Positions 38,370 to 45,604 of a DNA stretch of 64,000 nucleotides are shown here, in pieces. Origin of the DNA: Saccharofermentanales bacterium (GTDB taxonomy: Bacteria; Bacillota; Clostridia; Saccharofermentanales; DTU023); assembly GCA_050951925.1 (NCBI GenBank), contig JBMNJZ010000001.1, positions 1,427,015 through 1,491,014 of the forward strand, written 5' to 3'. Position 1 is the first letter of the stretch; every line of letters begins with the position of its first letter. The position numbers were made by a program, and so were the translations under genes. The notes beneath the pieces were generated by a model, which did not search any database, was not told where the DNA came from, and saw only the letters and a list, made by a program, of their open reading frames with translations.

Positions 38370-39800
38370 TTATAAGCTCAAAACCAGATGGCGGAATACT
38401 TCTCCCCTTTCCTCAAAATTGAAGAATTGATCAAAGCTGGTTCCCGCCGGGGATAATAATACAGATTCTCCCGGCTTTGCAATTTTTGCCGCTAGGTTTA
38501 CTGCTTCTTCATAATTTGCAGCTTCAAACATTGGCAGTTGATCTGCTGTTTTTCCTGCGTATATAATAGCTGAACGAATCTGTTTAGAGTTTTCGCCGCA
38601 GAAGATAATCCGGGACACGGTTTTGGCAATCATCTGACCTAATTCCGAGTAGTCCAAATCTTTATCTCGTCCACCGCAGAGCAAAATAATAGGTCTCCCC
38701 TGGTCATACAGAGTCTCTAATGTTGTAGTCGTGCGCGTGGGCGTGCTATCGATAGAACTGTTGTACCAGCGTATGCCGTTGTGTTCTCTGACCAATTCCA
38801 GACGATGAGGGACCCCCTTAAATTTGACAGCAATTTCTTGCAGGTACTTGGGCGCAATCCGATCTGCCACAGCAGCCCATGCTGCCATATAATTGTCAAT
38901 ATTAAAACGACCCGGCAAGACTATGTCTTCGATATTAAGCAATATCTCACTATCATTTTGTCCGCGCTGCGATAAAATATTTTGTCCGGAGCACCAGATA
39001 TTCAGCCCATCATAGGGCTCTTTGCGATTGAACCAGACTACCTCTCCCCTGGTTTGCTGTGCAAAAACATGTGACTTCCGATCCGAATAATTAAGTACCA
39101 GACGATCAAATGGTCGTTGCGCCTTAAAAATATTTTGTTTAGCACAAATATATTCTTCGTAATCCGTATGAATATCGAGATGATTAGGCGAAATATTAGT
39201 AATAACTGCAGTATCAATATACGGAACCAGGTCAAATAGTTGGAAACTGGAGAGTTCGACTACCACTTCATCTTCAATTCCAATTTCAGTTATTTTGTCC
39301 AGTAGCGGCGTGCCTATATTACCGCCGACCCACACCTTCTTGCCCGCAGCCTCATACAGTTCTCCAATCAAAGTCGTTGTAGTGGTTTTGCCGTCACTAC
39401 CCGTTATGCCCGTAACATGGGCAGGACATAGAGATAGAAAAACGGACATTTCTGAAGTGATGATTGCGCCCTCAACAGCAGCCTTAATTAACGCAGGATG
39501 ATCAGGTCTCATAATTGGCGTTCTGAAGACAAGATCAAAGCCATGCAGCCCATCTAAATAATTATCCCCTATCGACCATTCAAGCTCCAAATTGTCTAAG
39601 GCAAATTTATCTTGGATTTCTCGCAAACGCGGGTTATCCGCAGTCATTTGGTCAAATACGGTGATCCTTTGCGTCATCCGATAAAGCCATCTGATTAACG
39701 GCCGATTGCTGATCCCGGCTCCGACCACTGCAATTTTTTTGTCACAAACCCAGTTGCAAAAATCTTCTTTACTATAGTGGCGCACGGTATAACCCCTCAT
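38370..39800 (-). CDS. murD: UDP-N-acetylmuramoylalanine--D-glutamate ligase
   Basis: Mur ligase P-loop GITGSDGKTTTT, MurD-like N-terminal Rossmann (VVGAGISN). Confidence 0.85.
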   Translation of the reverse strand: MRGYTVRHYSKEDFCNWVCDKKIAVVGAGISNRPLIRWLYRMTQRITVFDQMTADNPRLREIQDKFALDNLELEWSIGDNYLDGLHGFDLVFRTPIMRPDHPALIKAAVEGAIITSEMSVFLSLCPAHVTGITGSDGKTTTTTLIGELYEAAGKKVWVGGNIGTPLLDKITEIGIEDEVVVELSSFQLFDLVPYIDTAVITNISPNHLDIHTDYEEYICAKQNIFKAQRPFDRLVLNYSDRKSHVFAQQTRGEVVWFNRKEPYDGLNIWCSGQNILSQRGQNDSEILLNIEDIVLPGRFNIDNYMAAWAAVADRIAPKYLQEIAVKFKGVPHRLELVREHNGIRWYNSSIDSTPTRTTTTLETLYDQGRPIILLCGGRDKDLDYSELGQMIAKTVSRIIFCGENSKQIRSAIIYAGKTADQLPMFEAANYEEAVNLAAKIAKPGESVLLSPAGTSFDQFFNFEERGEVFRHLVLSL

Positions 39801-39834
39801 AAATATAGACTTCAGGAAAAGTATAGAATACGGC

Positions 39835-39863
39835 TTGCAATTTTACCACCCTTGAGATATCAT
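39835..39863 (+). promoter_or_regulatory. Sigma-70-type promoter of tRNA-Leu
   Basis: TTGCAA, 17 nt, TATCAT, ending 12 nt before the tRNA. Confidence 0.5.
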
Positions 39864-39875
39864 AACTCTGCTAAT

Positions 39876-39962
39876 GCGGAAATGGCGGAATTGGCAGACG
39901 CGCTAGTTTCAGGTACTAGTGATCGATCGATCATGCAGGTTCAAGTCCTGTTTTCCGCACCA
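39876..39962 (+). tRNA. tRNA-Leu (anticodon CAG), long variable arm, CCA encoded
   Basis: Acceptor GCGGAAA/TTTCCGC, anticodon stem CTAGT/ACTAG with loop TTCAGGT, variable stem TGATCG/CGATCA, T-loop TTCAAGT. Confidence 0.88.
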
Positions 39963-39967
39963 ATCAA

Positions 39968-40011
39968 ATGCAGTGATTGATACATATGTATCGTTCACTG
40001 CATCGTTTTTT
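39968..40011 (+). terminator. Intrinsic terminator after tRNA-Leu
   Basis: ATGCAGTGA ... TCACTGCAT with an inner GATACA/TGTATC extension, followed by CGTTTTTT. Confidence 0.7.
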
Positions 40012-40027
40012 AACCCCTAAAAACCCA

Positions 40028-40081
40028 GATAACAAAAATCAACATCGCCTCACGATTCTAAAGCACAAGCGTAAGGCGATG
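40028..40081 (-). terminator. Possible terminator of the island operon
   Basis: Minus strand: CATCGCCT-(23-nt loop)-AGGCGATG followed by TTGATTTTTGTT. The large loop makes this weak. Confidence 0.35.
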
Positions 40082-40107
40082 CGCACATAACAAATCAAAA
40101 CAAATAA

Positions 40108-41715
40108 CTAAACACTGAAATCTGGTGTGTTCTCTCTGCAGTAGGAAACCCAGTTGCCGTTTTCGATTAATTCTTCTCGACCGAGCTGGCGGAACAACTC
40201 CATACGGCTCTGTGGGGCGAGATCGTACCGCAGGGCAGCCGACGCAAAGAGATGTTTCATTTTTTCATGGTCAATGCTCTTTCGAGCCAAGGACTGCTTG
40301 CCGTAGTATCCCGAAACAAAAACCGTCACCGCGGAAAGACTTCCCCATAGAATCTTAATCCAAACTCGCAAAGTAAAACCGGAAAGAACAATCACCATGG
40401 CGTTCCGGAAGAAATACTCCAAAACCAAGGCTAACAGCCAGAGTACTATGGTGCAAGTCAACATGGCGCGGGTAGCGAGTTCCTGGGTACGGTGCTTTCC
40501 GGCATCCCTGCGCTCAGCTCTTTCGTGGTAGGCTCTTTGGCCGTCAATCCAGGCCTTTTTTACCACATCGGCCGGCACGGCTTCCTTTTCCGGAGCGCCG
40601 ATTAAAAGCGCATAGACCGCGCTTTTTACCCACGTGGCATCGTGCTTCTGTGTCCAGGTAAAGTCATCGCAAACACATTCCCTGCTGCCAAGCGCATAAA
40701 GATATAGCTGAACCCGCAAGGCCTCCGCCAGAGCTCTATACTGTAGGTATTTATCGTGCTGCCGCCGGCGCGCAATCTGTTGGTAGAAAAGAGCATATAG
40801 GACTATGGCACCGCCATATCCGATTAGACATATATTGAGCTCGGCCTCATCGTAGAGCAGGTAAAACATCACCAGCATTACGCTGAATGCGGCAAGCACG
40901 CCCATAATCTTTAAGTAGTGTTTCTGCCACTTCATCGAGAGCTGATCCGCCGCATCATATACCTTTTGAAGCCTGTTGCTTACAGCATGATGAATATATT
41001 CCGGAGCTAAGAGCGGTTCGACGTCCTGAAAGCTTTCCTTTCGCACATCTCGGTTAAAGCGATCTGTTTGTGCCAACACTTCCTTCAGGCTCCCCGCTTC
41101 ATTTTCCAGCAAGTTCACCGTAACGGGGAATTCCTGAGTTTTCGATACTCTGGGTGTAGCGATGTGGATTACCGCGCCCTCATTAGAGGGGCGGAACATT
41201 TTGCCGTTCTGATAATCGCCTTTCAACATAAAGTCCACAGCCTCTGCCGTTCCGCATCCATGCTCCGAACCAGGCTCTCCGTTCCACAGCGCAAGCAGTA
41301 CATGGCTGTGAGCAGCCACGTAAATACCTGTCTGGCGATAAAGATTGTCTCGTTCTTCTCCTTCCGGCCCGCTATAAGGAACCACGAACACATCCGCGGC
41401 CTTGTTTCGCAGGGCTTGATACTCTTCCGACTCTTCGGCACTAAAGTCCTTGCGGTACTCCTCTTCGGGCATGGGAAGCGGGCAATAGAGCGGAATTTGC
41501 AGAGAAAACGCCACGCGGGCACAGAGTTGATCTGCCCCCGCCGCCAGTGAATTCAGCATCCAAACAGGAGAATTGGGATGCTTCCGTTGAATCTTTTGTA
41601 ATTCTCCTGAAACGGCATTTTCCAGTGCGGGGATATCCTCCTTACGGATATCCCTGTGGCCGGTAACACCCACCACGATGGGTATTGTGTTCTTGTTTGC
41701 CTGTGTGTCGCTCAT
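40108..41715 (-). CDS. SLOG-domain (YpsA/DprA/LOG-like) protein with a C-terminal four-TM module (SLATT/LSDAT/DUF4231-like)
   Basis: N-terminus has IVVGVTGHRD, LAAGADQL, PLYCPLP and GCGTAEAV, which match the Rossmann-like SLOG pattern of YpsA/LOG. The C-terminal half has two pairs of TM helices, each preceded by an amphipathic helix (KWQKHYLKIMGVL.., WIDGQRAYHERAERR..). Start at MSDTQ, 20 nt after the upstream stop. Confidence 0.6.
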   Translation of the reverse strand: MSDTQANKNTIPIVVGVTGHRDIRKEDIPALENAVSGELQKIQRKHPNSPVWMLNSLAAGADQLCARVAFSLQIPLYCPLPMPEEEYRKDFSAEESEEYQALRNKAADVFVVPYSGPEGEERDNLYRQTGIYVAAHSHVLLALWNGEPGSEHGCGTAEAVDFMLKGDYQNGKMFRPSNEGAVIHIATPRVSKTQEFPVTVNLLENEAGSLKEVLAQTDRFNRDVRKESFQDVEPLLAPEYIHHAVSNRLQKVYDAADQLSMKWQKHYLKIMGVLAAFSVMLVMFYLLYDEAELNICLIGYGGAIVLYALFYQQIARRRQHDKYLQYRALAEALRVQLYLYALGSRECVCDDFTWTQKHDATWVKSAVYALLIGAPEKEAVPADVVKKAWIDGQRAYHERAERRDAGKHRTQELATRAMLTCTIVLWLLALVLEYFFRNAMVIVLSGFTLRVWIKILWGSLSAVTVFVSGYYGKQSLARKSIDHEKMKHLFASAALRYDLAPQSRMELFRQLGREELIENGNWVSYCRENTPDFSV

Positions 41716-41735
41716 TCTTAACGGTCTCTTTTTTA

Positions 41736-43718
41736 TTACATTCTGTAAACAGTCAAGCCGTCGTACCAACGAATGAGCTCCAACATCTTTTCCATGGGCA
41801 CGGCATCCTTGGTTTTTTCCGCTTCTGGCAATTGTTCAAAGGGAACCATATCGTGATGCATGCGGGTACATTCTCGCATGATATTGTCGTTCTTGCCGTT
41901 CGGCAGCTTTCCGACATGGCCGGTACCGAATTGCCAGCCCATATCACTCTTCTCGTCGCACCAGCGCCGGTGCTCCGCTCCGGCGATAACTTCCATATCC
42001 GCAGGAGTAAAATGAGCAACAGTTTCATAGTCTACGGCACGATCAGTATAAAAGCAGTTGATCTTTTCCAGCACGGCGGCAAATCCCTTGGCCTGCGCGA
42101 TATTAGAAAGCTTATACTCAAGAGAAAGATCCTCTTCAAAAGCCCGCACCATATCTTCGGGTGTTCCGGCGCCGCAGTAGCTAGCGTGGAGAGACAGAGC
42201 GAAACGATAGAAGTTCAGATAATTGCTGTCGGAGAGATACAGCCCCGTACGTTTTGCTTTCTCTACCGAAGAAACGGCGATAGTACCGCTGTAATCCGGC
42301 TTTTTTACATCGCTTTCAAACTTGGGGATGATATCACGAAGAGCCACTATCTCGTCGATATCATCTAAAAACTTACTGCGATGCTCTCGCACGGCACCGG
42401 ACTTTTTGATATAGCCGCCGCTGAGCATATTCTGATAGTCTTTACTGTCGAGGGTTCTGTCCTTGTAGGCCTTGTCGTAAAAAAAAGTCCACGTTACGCT
42501 ATCCTCCGACGGGAATACCATGTCGAAATCAAAGGCGTAAATATCGCTGCGGGTATTTTGGCCGTAAGAAGCACGATCCCAGCACTGCAGTTCGTCACAA
42601 AGTATCAAAAGGTAGGCCAGTGGTTGACCGTCCTTAAGACGCAAAGGCTCGTCGGTATAAAGAAAGCTCCGCATGGTGAACTGAAAAAGGCTGTTATGCA
42701 GAATTATGGCGCAAAAACTATCAAGCACGGCTTTCGGGATTTGCTCCAAGCTTTCGATTTCCCGATGACGATTTAGATAAGTCTTCGCCAACACCAGACC
42801 GCTGAAATAAGCATGGTCCATGTAGAGATAGTCCTTCTCCGCCGGGTTCTCGTGAACCGCACGATCTTTAAGAGCTTTTTCCAACTTGTGGCGGCAAAGA
42901 TAGGGCTCGGCCTCCGTGCGGGATAGATAACTTTCGGCCAAGCGTTCAGTAATGGCGTGAGCGTAAAAATCGTTCAAGTCTCCTAAACGAGACATGCTGA
43001 ATTCGTCCATGCGCTTATACGACACATAGGGAGCGAAACCTCTGTCATCGTTGTTATTTTTATCTAACTTACACACATAGGCTTTCATCTGCTGATGAGC
43101 GATTTCAAAGGGATAGCCTATGTCGTGGAAGAGACTGGTCATTCCCCAAAACTCCAGGAAGTGACAGGCCGCTTCCCGCCCTTCCTCAAGGCAGAAGCGA
43201 GCATTATAGGCTTCTCGAAAAAGCCGGTGGTTTTTGTAGATGGAAAGACCTATGCAAAATACATATACACTGTGAGAATAATGGTCACGGTGCCTCATCA
43301 GAAGAGAGCTTGCATTATACTCGTGTTCCGAGAGCATCTCCAACAGAATTCCGGTAGCATCATAACCGGCTCCGAAGGGCTCAAAAATTTCGCAGTAACA
43401 GTAGTAGATGTCAAAAGCGTCTTCCCGTGAACCACTGTCCAAAAAACGACCGATGGCCTGCTCAAAGCTGAGGCGGTCCAAATCGCGTTCCATGTTGAAG
43501 GGAATCCGGCTACGACCGCTGCTACGGCCGTCTAAGTCGTTCAGTTCATGGCGGGAAGGATCAAACTTTAAGTCTTCGCAGCAATCCCGCAGGAAAGACA
43601 GGGAATCCTGCCCGTAACTGCTGCGGCACTGAGGCAGCGGCGGAATAAGCACGGTATCGAAAAGACCGTACTGATCCCGATTTTTCTTTTGCATCTTTTC
43701 CAGGGCACGATAAGCCAT
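41736..43718 (-). CDS. HD-domain phosphohydrolase with a C-terminal RyR (ryanodine-receptor repeat, PF02026-like) domain
   Basis: HD ligand pattern: RHRDHYSHSVYV ... LFHDIGYPFE ... IILHN ... LCDELQCWDR. The C-terminus AEHRRWCDEKSDMGWQFG...HHDMVPFEQLPEAEKTKD matches the RyR-domain consensus (He.W...GW.yG...hp.lvpyeeLpe.ek.kD). Start at MAYRALE (SD AGGAGA), 11 nt after the upstream stop. Confidence 0.65.
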   Translation of the reverse strand: MAYRALEKMQKKNRDQYGLFDTVLIPPLPQCRSSYGQDSLSFLRDCCEDLKFDPSRHELNDLDGRSSGRSRIPFNMERDLDRLSFEQAIGRFLDSGSREDAFDIYYCYCEIFEPFGAGYDATGILLEMLSEHEYNASSLLMRHRDHYSHSVYVFCIGLSIYKNHRLFREAYNARFCLEEGREAACHFLEFWGMTSLFHDIGYPFEIAHQQMKAYVCKLDKNNNDDRGFAPYVSYKRMDEFSMSRLGDLNDFYAHAITERLAESYLSRTEAEPYLCRHKLEKALKDRAVHENPAEKDYLYMDHAYFSGLVLAKTYLNRHREIESLEQIPKAVLDSFCAIILHNSLFQFTMRSFLYTDEPLRLKDGQPLAYLLILCDELQCWDRASYGQNTRSDIYAFDFDMVFPSEDSVTWTFFYDKAYKDRTLDSKDYQNMLSGGYIKKSGAVREHRSKFLDDIDEIVALRDIIPKFESDVKKPDYSGTIAVSSVEKAKRTGLYLSDSNYLNFYRFALSLHASYCGAGTPEDMVRAFEEDLSLEYKLSNIAQAKGFAAVLEKINCFYTDRAVDYETVAHFTPADMEVIAGAEHRRWCDEKSDMGWQFGTGHVGKLPNGKNDNIMRECTRMHHDMVPFEQLPEAEKTKDAVPMEKMLELIRWYDGLTVYRM

Positions 43719-43729
43719 GTTTTCTCCTA

Positions 43730-44710
43730 TCAGTTCATAACTTCTACTGTAAACGGAGCATTCTCCGGAATCTCCACCGGGAAAATATTTGCCATTATGC
43801 ATACAGTCTCCAGCTCTGCGCAATAAAGCAAAGGTTCCAGAGTTTCCAATTCCCCGCCGGCTATGCTAATTTTGCGAAGTTGAGGGAAATACTGCATGTA
43901 TTTAAGCAGCTCCTCGTTGCAATTATTAAGCCAAATCTCATCATTTGAACAGGTTGTCAAATTCTCGTAGGTCAGAGGTGTCTCCTGGCCCCAATCGTAA
44001 AAGCCAATGGCATCATATAGCATCTCCCGGGTCTTTTCCGACTCAAAGACTATCTCTTCCGTCAGCTTTTGATTGGTCTGCTCAAAGATACCGTGGGTAA
44101 TGACATTGGATCCCATCTGTACCACTTCTTTCGGCTCCGGCTGCTCTGCAAGCGCCACCGGCGCAAGGCCGGGGAGCATATCGTTGAACCAACCGTTATT
44201 CAGGCCGTAGACACCTGTGCCAAGTGCGATTATGAGGCAGACCGCAACGGCGATGATAGCTGTCCAGAAGTTACCCTTCTTTGCGGTACCGACACCTCGT
44301 TCATAGCCGGTGACTCCATCGCCTATGAGGACATCGTCCAGCAAGGCTCGAAGCTCTGCGTATTCCTTAACGGTCTCACATCCGGAAAGCTTGGGATGGA
44401 CTTTATCCCCCAGGGTAAACTGATATACTGGGCGAGTATCCGCTCCGGCGTGCACCACTTCGTTTTCGCAGTTGGGAGAGATTAAGGATTCTTCCGACAC
44501 AAACACCAATACCGCGGAGGCGGCGCGGAGGTGATCTTCTATGTTCTTCGGCCATTCACTGCCCGGGGCTATGCCTTCGTCATACCAGAGCCTATATTTC
44601 TCGGAAAAAAGGGCTTCGATTATGGGCATCACCTTTTCGGAATTCCGGTGGGCATAGCTTACGAAGATATATGGCTCGCGGCCTTCATAAGCGGGAATAC
44701 GTTCACTCAT
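43730..44710 (-). CDS. TIR domain - single TM - extracytoplasmic domain with short LRR-like C-terminus
   Basis: N-terminus matches the TIR_2 pattern: PYIFVSYAHRNSEK...RLWYDEGIAPGSEW...AVLVFVSEESLISPNCENEVVHA. TM is FWTAIIAVAVCLIIALGTGVYGL with Lys on the N-side. The C-terminus has L..L..I.I-type repeats. Start at MSERIP (SD AAAGGAGGG). Confidence 0.7.
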   Translation of the reverse strand: MSERIPAYEGREPYIFVSYAHRNSEKVMPIIEALFSEKYRLWYDEGIAPGSEWPKNIEDHLRAASAVLVFVSEESLISPNCENEVVHAGADTRPVYQFTLGDKVHPKLSGCETVKEYAELRALLDDVLIGDGVTGYERGVGTAKKGNFWTAIIAVAVCLIIALGTGVYGLNNGWFNDMLPGLAPVALAEQPEPKEVVQMGSNVITHGIFEQTNQKLTEEIVFESEKTREMLYDAIGFYDWGQETPLTYENLTTCSNDEIWLNNCNEELLKYMQYFPQLRKISIAGGELETLEPLLYCAELETVCIMANIFPVEIPENAPFTVEVMN

Positions 44711-44726
44711 TTTATTCTGCCCTCCT

Positions 44727-45593
44727 TTAGTGTTCCACAACGACAGTGATTCCGGCATTGCATAGATCGCGGGCGAAGATCACTTGGTCTTGGCTGATTT
44801 TTACGATTTCAATACCCTTAACCTGCGCAAGCGGCCACAGGGCTACATTTGAGGGAATATCCGAAACATTTACCGTGGTAGCGGATACTTCTTTGATGTT
44901 TAGGAGTGTGGTAAAAGTTCCGCCCGAGAGGTCGAGTTCACCCACAGCTTTTCCCGCCATGGCGGCAATGCCCTCGTCGCTGTATTTGGCTATATTCACA
45001 TATTTGCTTCCATTCGTGTTCTGCAGAATGTATGCTGCCGACGTGCGCTCACGTATCATCGAGCCAACATACAGGGCAAAGACCAGTACGACTACTGCCA
45101 CCATAGCAGCTATGATGTAATTTCGCTTGCGGTTGAATTTGCGTTTTTCCATGCCTTCGCCTACCATGGCCTGAGTCAGCACCCCGCTTTTAGTTAAGGC
45201 TTCCGCCGTTTCCTCAGGGCTGCCAAGGGCAATCACCGGAATGTTGGCAAGCTGCATGTCCAGGCCGTAGCCGAGCTGAAATTCTCCAAATTTTACACAG
45301 ACAAGGGGCTTTCGCAGGCTCAACAGGTAGTTGATGGCATTGCGGAAGGCGAGGCTTTCTATGCTCTTTTCCGACAGGAACACCACCGCTCCGCTGCAGT
45401 GAGTTATGGTCTCCGCCAGTGCCGCGGGGCTTTGAGCGAACTTGCCGCCGCAACTATCGCAGCTCAGCCTAAAACCGCGGCTCACAAGAATATCCGCAAC
45501 AGCCGCCGCCGCAGGCTCATCGGCCGGACTACAACCTATATAGGCAAAATCGCCTATACCTGCATAGGGAAGATAGCTAAAGTGCTTTTTCAT
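44727..45593 (-). CDS. Degenerate TIR-like domain - single TM - small extracytoplasmic LRR-like domain
   Basis: Same architecture and spacing as its neighbours (DFAYIGCSPADE...AVVFLSEKSIESLAFRNAINYL). TM is YIIAAMVAVVVLVFALYVGSMI, preceded by KRKFNRKRN. Start at MKKHFS (SD AAGGAGAG). Confidence 0.5.
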   Translation of the reverse strand: MKKHFSYLPYAGIGDFAYIGCSPADEPAAAAVADILVSRGFRLSCDSCGGKFAQSPAALAETITHCSGAVVFLSEKSIESLAFRNAINYLLSLRKPLVCVKFGEFQLGYGLDMQLANIPVIALGSPEETAEALTKSGVLTQAMVGEGMEKRKFNRKRNYIIAAMVAVVVLVFALYVGSMIRERTSAAYILQNTNGSKYVNIAKYSDEGIAAMAGKAVGELDLSGGTFTTLLNIKEVSATTVNVSDIPSNVALWPLAQVKGIEIVKISQDQVIFARDLCNAGITVVVEH

Positions 45594-45604
45594 ATTATCT
45601 CTCC

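Noticed and set aside
41685-43430. Plus-strand ORFs (41685..42368, 42381..42776, 43095..43430 and similar) opposite the island genes
   Set aside because: They are shadow ORFs antisense to long, motif-rich minus-strand genes, in GC-richer DNA. They have no recognisable motifs or SD sites.
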